Positions 11,895 through 22,336 of a stretch of 64,000 nt of DNA are shown one piece after another. Below the pieces are notes generated by a model. That model saw nothing but the letters and a program-made list of their open reading frames with translations, did no database searches and was not told the DNA's origin. The DNA comes from Eutreptiella sp. 'Long Island Sound 2002' (lineage: Eukaryota; Protista; Euglenida): the NCBI GenBank assembly GCA_964036045.1, contig OZ038378.1:196044001-196108000 (forward strand), read 5' to 3'. The position numbers were made by a program, and so were the translations under genes. Numbering within the stretch: position 1 is the first letter of the stretch; each line of letters starts with the position of its first letter.

Positions 11895-13000
11895 GTGGAA
11901 AAAAATTCGCGTGAATTTTTTTTCGTACCCCCCCCCCCTCCGGGGGTACCCCCCAAAAAAAAGCTGGCACCCCATGTAGGAATTTTTTTTCACCAAGAGG
12001 AATTTTTTTACAGTGTGCTACTTGAACTTCCATGTCACCTTCACTTGGGCACATTGTATGACATTGGCACATGAATACTCCTGAGATAAAAGTAATTGGT
12101 TGTTTTTTTTGCATGGCGCTAATGGCACCCCCTTTTTCTTTGTTAATTCTTTTTCATCAAGCCGTCAGTGCCTTTGAGCGCCAGCTATCGCAAGACGAGG
12201 CGCTATACAAATGTCGTTTGTTGCGAGGTTCTTCTGAGCGCCGATCAGCAAGACGGGCTGCTATACAAATGTCGTTTGTTGCGAAGTGAAGATCCTGCAT
12301 TCGGAGCAAAACCCCGGCCCAAATGCAGCGCCAAATTCTTTCAGGGGCGAACGCGGTCCTGCGTTCTTTCTTTCTTTCTTGTTTCTCTTTCCCACGCTTT
12401 GTTGCGTGGCCCCTTGAGTTGGGGTTAGGGACTCGCAATCCACGCTTTGTTGCGTGGCCCCTTGAGTTGGTGTTAGGGCGTAGTGCAACAATGTGCACCA
12501 TTCACACACATACACAGACATGGTGAGAACCAATCTTTGTTGGCAAGCCATTGTGGCATAGCGGTCATCAACCGGCATGCGAGAAGGCAATGGGGACATG
12601 ACATTGTGGGGTCCACTGTAGGCTTGAGCAACCTGCAGAACAGCCAGAATGGACATCATTCACCCTTGTCCTTCAATGTTGCTGGTTCGGTTTTCCGCCC
12701 CTGATAGGGTGTATTGCCTTATCTCGGGACTCTTTCCTGCGGATAAGAGGCCAGGGTGGGGCGCTACACTGCAGCCGGAACAAAGCGGGGGTCTTTGTGC
12801 CCTTAAACACAAATACCACCCATATCGGCTGAAATATCCATGGTTACCTTGAAAAATACCCTCCTTGCACCTTCCAAACCCAAACACGTGGGGTAGACTT
12901 AAGGACATTTCAGGTTTTGGGGTCCGGAAAAAATTTTCGCGCGAATTTTTTTTCGTAACCCCCCCCCTCCAGGGGTACCCCCAAAAAAAAAAGCTATACG
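11895..13000. repeat. Two copies of a dispersed G/C- and A/T-run repeat (~11895-11990, ~12925-13000) flanking short tandem duplications (~12170-12290, ~12390-12480)
   Basis: GGAAAAAA(A)TT(TT)CGCG(T/C)GAATTTTTTTTCGTA...GGGGTACCCCCAAAAAAAA is present twice. CTATACAAATGTCGTTTGTTGCGA x2; CCACGCTTTGTTGCGTGGCCCCTTGAGTTGG x2. Confidence 0.65.
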
Positions 13001-14042
13001 CTGGTACCAAGAATTTTTTTTCTCCCCCCCCCCCCCCCGACCTGCCATTACATCGAATTCTAGAGGCTGATACACGAGTTGAAGTGGCACATGGATTATG
13101 TGCACATCCAAGTGTAGGGTTGGATGGCACATGCTGCACAACTCACTCTCACATGTAGCTTGGACGCCTAGCATAGAATGTCATTATCCCCCAGATAAAT
13201 GCAACGGTCTCCGCCCCATATTTCTTTCTGGGGGTGGTCTTTCCTCCCCGGATTCGGGGACCGACACGGACTTCCCGCTTTTTGGTCTGGGTCCAAAGCC
13301 GGCCCACACATCGGACCCGACATCGGGGGCTCCTTTGGGTCACAAAAATCGAGCTATTTTTTCCGGGCTCCTGCCAAGCCGCCTGCTACTTCCTTCCGGG
13401 CAACAATTTTTCGTCGCGAAATTTCACAAAAACCAAAAAAACCAAAAATTTTGTCATTTTGGACCCTCCTGAGTAGTATGCACAGTGCTCTTCCACTCCC
13501 CAAAGGCTGCCCCAGCTACCAAGGCCACGCGTGGCCAATCACATGTCCCCAATCGTGGGACAGACTCACAGAGCGCCGGGTTCCCCCCACCCACACCCCG
13601 GTTAGCCCGGTTAGCAGGGTAGCACTCCATCGCGAATGTCGCTATTTCAGGTCGTAGCCTGGTGTCGTGGTATCCCCTTCCCCTGTCCTTCCTGCGTTGG
13701 GGTGTGATGCAGTGCCGATGCCTGCCGTCCCCTCTCTGGTCTGACCTGGCTCTGTGTCTGGCAATTCCGAAGGGCCCATGCCTCTTTTGTTGACCTCTGC
13801 TTTCAACAAGGCCAGGGGCTTGAAAACGAGTACTTTTGCATTTGTTGTGGTGTCACAAGAGCGTGCACCCCTATGGGAGTGCAACCAGTTCTGACCCAGT
13901 TTCTAGACAGGAGCAGCGACACAACCTGTGGGACAACTATTCCCGATCCCATTTTTCGGAATAATTCATGACCTCTTTGGGGTGCTGTGGTACCCTCCTT
14001 CTCTTCCACATGTTGCAGTCAAAACAGCTGTTGAACAAAACA

Positions 14043-15107
14043 ATGGGCACGGACGATAAAATCATTACGCAAGATCCTTCTGGACAAATGATGGTTGGGA
14101 CTCCAGTTCAACCCGAACCTGCATATGCCAACCAGGCGTTGCCACCTTCATATTTGATGACACCGCCTCAAGCATTCTACAATGAAGGGGCCCCATCTGC
14201 CCAAGGAAACGGGCCTCCAACCAGTGCCCCACCTCCGCAATACTACTATGGCAAACCTGAAGGACACGTGGATCCCCCATACGCACCGCAACAGTCATGC
14301 GTTCCCAATGGCATTTTCGAGCAGCCCGCACAACCCACTCAGCCATACGTTGTCAATCAAGAGTACACTGCGGATTTCAGCTGCAACCACTACAAAACCA
14401 CAAGTCAGCATTACTCGGGCGAGAAAGCACGAGTTACCCACTTGAACTTCTACGACAACCGCGTCAAGAAAATTGAAGGTCTTGGCCAGTATCCCTGTTT
14501 GCTGAGGGTCACGCTCAAGTGGAATGACCTGAAATCCTTTGAAGGGTTGAATGATGCCCAATATCTGAGGTGGATTGATGCATCTGGCAACCTCCTGAAG
14601 AGTATGAAGGGGGCAAACACCTTATGGAGCTTGGAGTGGTTGGATTTGCATTACAACAACATTGGCACTTTGCGGGGCTTGGTTTCCGCCCCCTATTTGA
14701 CGTGGCTCAACCTGAATTCCAATCTCCTGGAAAATTTAAATGGAATTGAGGCCATACCCAAGCTGCGGTTCTTGGACGCTAGCAACAACAATTTGAGCTC
14801 TGTGGTGGGCCTGGAACGATGCCGAGAGCTGCAGGAGGTGAATTTGGCGACCAACTATTTGGAATCCAGCTCTGTGAATGCGATCTTGGCCCTGGCTGAC
14901 CTGCCGTATTTATTCCGTCTCAACATCCACAACAATGATCTCACGGCGAACGACATTCAAAAGATCCAGGATCATTTCCAGCAGGTCAAACCGCAATGTG
15001 AGGTCATAACGGATGAGAATGGCTGCCGACGTGTCGGTCATAATTGGGATGTGTCACCTGACATCCCGAAGAACTGGAAGCCGAAAAAGAAGTGCATAAT
15101 AATGTGA
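14043..15107 (+). CDS. SDS22-type leucine-rich repeat protein with Pro/Tyr/Gln-rich N-terminus and C-terminal polybasic CaaX box
   Basis: Intronless ORF with about 8 LRRs of ~22 aa (e.g. LRWIDASGNLLKSM, LEWLDLHYNNIGTL, LTWLNLNSNLLENL). Ends KPKKKCIIM*. A pyrimidine tract plus AG at 14017-14018 precedes ATG 14043. Confidence 0.9.
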   Translation: MGTDDKIITQDPSGQMMVGTPVQPEPAYANQALPPSYLMTPPQAFYNEGAPSAQGNGPPTSAPPPQYYYGKPEGHVDPPYAPQQSCVPNGIFEQPAQPTQPYVVNQEYTADFSCNHYKTTSQHYSGEKARVTHLNFYDNRVKKIEGLGQYPCLLRVTLKWNDLKSFEGLNDAQYLRWIDASGNLLKSMKGANTLWSLEWLDLHYNNIGTLRGLVSAPYLTWLNLNSNLLENLNGIEAIPKLRFLDASNNNLSSVVGLERCRELQEVNLATNYLESSSVNAILALADLPYLFRLNIHNNDLTANDIQKIQDHFQQVKPQCEVITDENGCRRVGHNWDVSPDIPKNWKPKKKCIIM

Positions 15108-16504
15108 GTGACACGTTGTTGCACAAGATTTGAACTGTTTGCGTTCATTTATTCAAATAGTTGTATGTATCATAGAGTACGGTCTTTTTGTGCTCATAAG
15201 TGAAGTAATTCTCGCCACGGACTCTTCAAGCGTCACCTCGGAAATTAACCACAACAAGTTCCCACTTTTGTGATTCATGTTTCAATTTCTCCAACAGCAA
15301 ACTTGTGGCTGCTCATGGACTACTTGCAAAGAAGGATTGTAGGCAATGCCTCCGTTGGGGGTGTACCACGTTGTGTCTGCAAGCCCGTGCTTTTATACCT
15401 TTTGCTAATCATTGATGGCTTGTTATTTGGCAATGTACAGTGTGTTTTATAGGTGAAGACCATCAACGGCCCAGCTTACAGATCTGGAAACAACTGCCTC
15501 CACCACTTCTTAGACAGGGCAGGCAGTCCACCAAGCACAGTATCAACCCCGCATCCCGGTTTTCCCAAAAAGCTCCCTGAGTTACAAAGCCACCCCAGGG
15601 GTGGGAGGGGAGTTGGTGCATTTTTGGGCAGGGGGTTTCGGCACATCCTGTGTTGGGGGCGGGGGGGGGGGGACATTTTGGCTGTGGCTAGTTTTCACGC
15701 TCCAAGGGATGGTGGATTGTCGGGGCCCAAAAAGTTTCAGATTTTCCAAGTTGGGGACCCGGAGACATCAGACATTATGTTTACATGCCTGCACTCACCC
15801 CAAACCCCTGCCACATCCCCCATTCAGCGTCAGGTGACAGGCCTGGATCGTTCTTGCTCCACCGCCCACATCTCAAAACCTCACCAAGCCCCCCCGCTAG
15901 CCCTTATTCAGCACCTATTCAGCACCAGGGCACAGCCCTGGACCATTTTCACACACACACACACACACACACACACCCGCCCCGAACCCGTTTTTGCTGT
16001 TTGCAGGTGTAGCGTTTTTTTTTAGGCCCTCCAGGCTCAATTAGTCCTTTGTATTGACATGTGCAGTCAGTTTCCTCTGCAATGGAGGGATTTTTTGACT
16101 ATTGGGTGCATGTATGTCATATTGTTGACCATTTGCCCCGCACTGCAGCCTGCCTATTTGTGCTGATGGACTGTAGGAACACTGCAGCATTGTCCTTTAC
16201 ATGTTTTGGTCCCCTGCTTTTGTTGTGCAATTAAGGGAGGGTGTGATCATTCTTAGGTGTGTGTGTTGGGGGGGGCTGGAGGGCTGTCTGCGCATTGGGG
16301 GATGTGAGGGGTTTTGGGCCTGGGCATTACCCTGCCCCTCCCCCAAAGGGGTCATAACAACTGCTGGCATCGCTGGTGGCAATGGAGGGCAAGGAACCCC
16401 TGTCCTCCCGCAGCCTGGCATTTTCCACCTCGTCACAGGAGGCCCAGTCGGACACGTCCGCACCGGCCTCTCCCTCCACGGCTTCCATGGTGGCATGCAG
16501 CACA

Positions 16505-16780
16505 GAAGGGTCTGATGAGTGTAAGGAGCACTATTGTACCAAATGTGTTGACACCCGCACTTGTGGGAGCAGTGTTGTCTGTTAAATACAATATAAATGA
16601 CAGTTGGAGTGGTTGAATTCACAGCTATTGCTTTATTATGCAACGTGCTTTGTAGGGAAGGTGTGCAGTGCAACGTGGTCTACTCGGGGGGCTTCTCCAT
16701 GAGAGGGTAAATCTGGGGCTGAAGTCAGGATAGTTAATAGAAAAGCAACGCACCGGGCATGTGCCGGGCAAACATTCCCC
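16505..16780 (+). mobile_element. 3' end of family C DNA transposon
   Basis: Homologous to 370-640 (DECKEHYCTKCVDTRTC*; ends GGCAAACATTCCCC). Confidence 0.75.
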
Positions 16781-16794
16781 GCAGACCCCAGGCC

Positions 16795-18263
16795 ACCGTG
16801 AGCTTCACCATGCCACCACATACAAAGACTACCAGGTTGTGCATGGTAACAACGCCTCTACTACGCGAGCAAACATGGGCGACAACCTGCCTATAGATTC
16901 AACCCCACCACAACCACATGACATAGTGCTACTTAGACAAATAATGCCTACACTAGGAAATCTTGGATCATGCAATTACAAAGACAAAAACATACGGCAG
17001 ATGTACATTGGGTCACCTAGATCCCTCTCAAACATTACTATCAGATAGCTTAACCCCCATGGTTGTGGGGCCAGATGAGGTGGTGGGGCATAGGGGCCCC
17101 ATGGCAACGCCTCCCACTGTGCACTATGCAGGTCCTACAGCCAGCGCCATGGAGGATCAGTATGTATGCCTTTGGCCTTCTATCCTAGCTTGTGCAGTTT
17201 GTGGACAGCATGGATACAATGGTGGAACACTTGGGCTGAACTAGCCCAACGGTGGCTACACATGGCGTCCAACCACGAGAATGGCTGTGCGCTAGGCTGC
17301 TTATCCCTCACTCACCGGTGGAGGCCTTCCTGCCGGAAGACCTGTACAAGTTCCGTGTAACTGTCGGCGTCTTTTAGGGTCAAGCTATACAGGGACTACA
17401 AGGATTGAGGCAAAAGCTGGCTAAACCAACACCAAAGTAGCCAACTTTGCCACTATGAATCACACAGTCCATCACACCACAAAAGCAATAGCGAGAAACA
17501 ACACAAAACCTAAGTTTAGCAATAAACTTTGGTTTTGCCTCAGTAGGGGGGGGGGGGGACCGACAGACAATCCATGTTGCCGCATGCCCACTGCAGTTGA
17601 TGACCGTTTTCTGGCATTCTGTGTGAAGTTGTGCTGCATACCGGATTTCAATTGCCCACACTATTTTCACCCCACTCAAATAAGGCCGTGAGGCCTGACG
17701 CAGCCATGGGGATGGCTACATACTATCCGTCAGGAACTCAAAAACCCATCATGGTGTTGACTATTGCCCTGCCAGCTTGTGCACAGATACAGGGACGGAA
17801 CAGTCGGACACGGCGAGCAACAGCATGCTATACAAAACCTCATGGAGCGGGTAAGCGTGCCCCTAAGGACGAACCGAAGGCGCAAGTAGGAGATCTTGAC
17901 ACCTCAAGCGCAAATTAACATTGACACCTAGCTTCAATAGACACAGCAAGCAAATGACGACGACAGAGATATTGAGGATGGTTCAGCCGAACCATTCTCA
18001 AGATACCCGTAGTAGCTGAGGGGTCTGCAAAAAAAGACCCACTTGTATCCTTGCCTAAACACCGCTTATACCAAACAAAACAAGGACAAACGGTGTTCTT
18101 AAAACGCCAACCAACCAAGGGCAGTTTGTGGGAGATTCCCCTCTATCCCCTGCCCAAACGACTTAGGGCACACTGGGACTCCAACCAATGGGAGATCCAA
18201 GGGAAACCATGGGGGAACAATCTTGAGCTACTTCCCGTATGTTCACCCAGGCTCTGCCAAAAC
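16795..18263 (+). mobile_element. Decayed 5'-truncated family A LINE
   Basis: GNNASTTRANMGDNLPIDSTPPQPHDIV matches GNNHSDVLANMGDNLPMDSQQPQPHDIV. HWDSNQWE is present, and the conserved 3' hairpin lies at 18201-18263. Confidence 0.8.
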
Positions 18264-18319
18264 TTGTTATGTCGGAACCCACCAATTGCAACCCATTGGA
18301 TGGCGAGTTGAAGGACGAA

Positions 18320-19111
18320 ATGCAGTGCCGGAACCGCGGCATAACCCCAGCACCGCATGGAAGTCCCCCAAAGTCATTCGAAGCAGCAAAGGCGGGACTT
18401 GGTCCGCTGGACTCATTGCTTTCTTTGTGCAATGCTGCTAACGAGGCTGAGTTACGGCGCACAGTAATGCGGACACGATGGGAGATCTTCAAAGCAGTGT
18501 GGGTAGTGGCGACTCGTCGTTGTTTGGAAGAGGCACCGCCGGACCCGATGTCTTTCCTAAGGCAGCACACCGGCATCTACCGCTTGTGGGGCGACGCAAA
18601 GCCTGGGGAGACGTGGTTACATCCGGAAGAGTGCCTCGCAAGTCATGACGAGACCAAGTACGAGTTGTTAATGGCGAACCCGGCCAACCAGTTGGCCAAG
18701 CTGGCCACTAGAGAGCTGCGCCTGAATGCAGTCAGTGGCCCTGAGCCTTTCAGTTTTGATCTCTATGACTATGGCGATTCCATTGCGGTGGACCTGCCCT
18801 TTGACAACACATTCCTGCCGGAGAGCCCATTTCATCATCCGGAGGCCTTAAAAAATAATTTGCAGACTCTTGTGGCAGAGGTCCAAAAATCAGGTTTCAA
18901 TGTCGAGTTTGTCATGTGCGTGACTTGGCTGAACGCTCTGCCACGCTTCCTGGAGCTTTTTCCAGCTGCCTACCGTTCATCAGTCAGGCCATGGACAGAA
19001 GCAGGACCATCAGCAGACGACGTCGAGGGCATCATGCCTGTTGTGCAGCCGTTGGAGTGGTACCAGCATGCCCATCAGAGTGTCAGATGGGCTAATCTCG
19101 GTGCTAGCTAA
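18320..19111 (+). CDS. Hypothetical protein (or captured gene fragment) with Dpy-30/RIIa-like docking motif
   Basis: Uninterrupted ORF (18239..19111, first ATG outside the LINE at 18320). The motif VATRRCLEEAPPDPMSFLRQH resembles D/D-domain P.DP..FL. Both ends abut family A LINE sequence. Confidence 0.55.
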   Translation: MQCRNRGITPAPHGSPPKSFEAAKAGLGPLDSLLSLCNAANEAELRRTVMRTRWEIFKAVWVVATRRCLEEAPPDPMSFLRQHTGIYRLWGDAKPGETWLHPEECLASHDETKYELLMANPANQLAKLATRELRLNAVSGPEPFSFDLYDYGDSIAVDLPFDNTFLPESPFHHPEALKNNLQTLVAEVQKSGFNVEFVMCVTWLNALPRFLELFPAAYRSSVRPWTEAGPSADDVEGIMPVVQPLEWYQHAHQSVRWANLGAS

Positions 19112-21636
19112 ACGCCTACGAAAAGGTAACCATCATAAACGCCGTCCTCATCCCTCGATGGAATTACAGGGGGTTGTTCCTCGGGAACAGGACACGGATG
19201 GCACACTGGGATGACATACTCCTACAGTACATTAGGGACACACCCGGGATAGAACAACAAATGAACAAGCACCGACTGACTACCAACCTCAGCCACGGGG
19301 GACTAGGCCTCCGTCAGTTATGGTGGTCCTACATCACCCGGTGGGTCACACTAGGACAGCAAGAACTACAGAATAACGGCCCTTCACAACAGCTCACCGC
19401 AACCCAATATAAATACATCGACGCTGTCCGAGCCCTAGGGGGCACGGTGGGTCAGCGCATATCCCAACCCAGGCAACATCGGCCCCTGTCGGCGGGCCTA
19501 TACGACTCGGAGAGCTCGGAGGAGGATCAAGAGACACACGCAGGGAAGACACGGCCGGCGACCAATCGTCTGGACTACGGCTGGATGAACCCGCCGGACG
19601 AACCAACCCCAGAGGAAACCCACAAGGTCTACCAGACACTACCCCACCAGCAGAAGATCCACGGGATCACCGTACACTACACGGGTGAACCCACCACCAC
19701 ACGGTGGTATACAGACGGGTCAAAACGACACGGACGAGCGGGAGGGGGCATATACAACGGGACCTACCGCGCAGCTTTTCGGGTGCATGGGCCTCAGCAA
19801 GTGTATCGGGCCGAGACAATCGCTTGCGCGGTGGCCTGTGAACTGGCCAGTCCAGGGGACGACATCATACTTGACAACCAAAGTGTGGTGAAAGCCACAC
19901 CTATAAAACGAAAAGGAGTGGTCAAAGACCAGGACTACCGCGACATAGGTTACCTCAACACCTCCTCGAAACGACTGACGATACGCTGGACACCGGGACA
20001 CCGTACCCTAGAACAAGCCACCACGTATAACGACTACCAGGACATACAGGGGAACAACCACTCCGATGTCCTTGCCAATATGGGCGACAACCTGCCCATG
20101 GACTCCCAACAACCACAACCCCATGATATTGTCATCATCGGACAAATCATGCCCACGCCTGCCAAGGCATGGATTATGCAAGTGCGTAGACAAAAACAAA
20201 CACCAGAGGTGCATTGGGTGAGCTGGCTCCCCATGAAACACTACAAACGAAATGCGTGGACCCCATGGCTGTGGGGGCAGGTAAGGTGGTGGGGAATAGG
20301 TGCCCCTTGGGAAAGAACACCCACCCTATGCTCCCAATGTGGCCAGCAACACGGAGCATCAGTGCAGTCAAGACTGGCGTACTGTCCCGCCTGGGGCGAG
20401 TTCTGGGACCTGTGGCGCAAGAGCTGGACTGATTGGGCCCAACACACCTACCAATGGCAGCAAACGGCCACCAGCCAGGAACTCTGGCTTTGTGCCAGGC
20501 TGCTCATACCACTGTCTCTCGTCGACGCCATACCCACCACGGAACGGCATAAACTACGGACGGAGGTGGGCCTATTTCAGTTTCGCATGATTCAGTCTGT
20601 CCAAACACTAAGACGGAAATTCGCTGACCCTACACCACACCAGCCACCGTCGCCCCTATGGCTGACAAAGTATGTTGCTCAGGCACTGGCACCGCGAGAA
20701 ACGCCGCAAAACCTATGAAATCACGTCGGGGCGCCCATGCGGAGCGGCACGAAACGAAAACGTAGGACCGAGGTCGCAACGGCGGAGCCCATCGACCCCG
20801 ACCAATGGATTCGTGATGCGCGCGCCGCAAACGACGAAGAGGCAGTGGCATGGCTAGCAAGAATGCGAGCAACAAACACAGCCCAAGACGAACCAACCCA
20901 GAAGCGTCGGCGTCTCAGCGTTGCCGCACAGCGATGGGAGCCGTACAAAACGACTGCCGACAGGTTGGCACAAGAACACGCACAGCAATCACACGACATA
21001 TACCACAGTGCACACGCCGCTGAGGTAGCACGGCAGCACCTATGCACCCTGCACACATACTACACCAACACACTAACAACCAAAACGGACTACCACATGC
21101 TAGTCACAAAACTGATCAAAGACGAGATGGCAGCACAACGACTGCACGACACACACGCACACATGTGCCAGGTACGCAGGCAATGGTATGAACAAGCAAA
21201 GTACGACACAGGGATGTGGTATGCGGATGCAAAAATGTTGCTGCTGATCTGCGGGCGATACCAGAAGATGTGCGCTAGCACCGATAAGCTGCTGGACCTT
21301 CACCTCCGACAGGCACACTACATGTGGTGCCAGCAGGAACACTTGGCAAACATGACACGGTGCTACCATGACGCCTGCAAACATAAGACGACACAATATT
21401 GGCAAACGACCCGACAAGCACGACAGACGATATACCTCATACGGAAACGGCCACGAGAACATTGGGACCCCACCTTGTGGGAAGTCCCGATGCAGCCTCT
21501 ACCGAAACGCCACAAAACGCACTGGGATCCAAACGAGTGGGAAATACCAATGACATGACCACTACCACCCCAACGGGAAACCATGGGGGCGCTGTCGTGA
21601 GCTGCAGCCCGTATGCACACCCTGGCTATGCCGAAA
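19108..21636 (+). mobile_element. 5'-truncated, nearly intact family A non-LTR retrotransposon: RT thumb/GGLGL - RNase H - Zn finger - uncharacterised C-terminal extension
   Basis: Open from 19108 (LNAYEKVTIINAVLIPRWNY...GGLGL). RNase H motifs WYTDGS, RAETIA, ILDNQS, WTPGH, GNNHSDVLA. Finger CSQC...SRLAYC. Single TGA at 20716-20718, then the same frame continues to 21558. 3' hairpin at 21575-21636. Confidence 0.88.
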
Positions 21637-22212
21637 TCCGTACTCTGCATCGAACTTGGCCCACAGTGGCCCTTGGCACATTATGAACTGGCCTATTTGA
21701 TCGGGAAAAAAAAAAAATCTCGGTGCTGGCATTATGTTCAACGGCCAGTTCATCCGTGCGGATGGTGGCCTGCATACAGAGAGGCTTGAGGTTTTCCAAG
21801 CCACTAGAAGACATCCCATTGAGTGCAAAATCTGTGTGTGCCCGTGGTCCGACTTCCTCGACATGTACCAGCCTTAGGCTGTCATGAGGTGCAGTTTAAG
21901 GTGAATTGCTGCAGTCATGGACATTGCAGCTGCTCAAGCCCCTGCCCCTGCGACAATTGTGGTGCTTTATGAAGGGAGAATGCATCATTTTTTGCGGCAT
22001 TCAGTGGGCCAGCCCCCTCCCGCCCCCCCAATGAAGGTGACATGACGAGTGGAGAGATAACCACTGCCGTGTAGCGCCAAACGGCAGCTCCAATGGCAAA
22101 GGGCCACAACTGCATTGGACTGAAATGAGTTATTAAAATATCACGTTTATTGTTATATTTCCAGGCACCCTCCCGACAACGAATGGCAACCCCCATCAAC
22201 CTCTCACAACAA

Positions 22213-22302
22213 GGGTATGTGGCGCAACGGATAGCGAGTGGGACTTCGGATCCGACGGTTGCAGGTTCGAATCCTGTCATAAAGGCATAACCCGATTTTT
22301 CA
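22213..22302 (+). pseudogene. tRNA-Arg(UCG)-like pseudogene
   Basis: GGGTATGTGGCGCAACGGATAGCG...ACTTCGGAT...GGTTGCAGGTTCGAATCCTG with anticodon TCG. Mismatches in the D and anticodon stems, disrupted 3' acceptor strand (CATAAAGGCATAACCC), followed by TTTTTT. Confidence 0.6.
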
Positions 22303-22336
22303 CAATAAACACTTCCACTCCTATGCCTGCCCCTCT

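Noticed and set aside
16512-16540. CTGATGAG resembling a hammerhead ribozyme core
   Set aside because: No stem II-GAAA follows; the sequence encodes the DECKEHYC finger of the family C transposase.
20737-21558. Separate 3' ORF (ORF3) in the LINE
   Set aside because: It is in the same frame as the upstream ORF, and the other copies read continuously through the junction.
21575-21645. HDV-like ribozyme, hammerhead or SECIS reading of the LINE 3' motif (C-N-A-A after a short stem)
   Set aside because: I could not build a consistent P1/P2/P3 pseudoknot on either strand in all three copies. There is no CUGAUGA and no AUGA/GA quartet. Kept only as a generic conserved hairpin.
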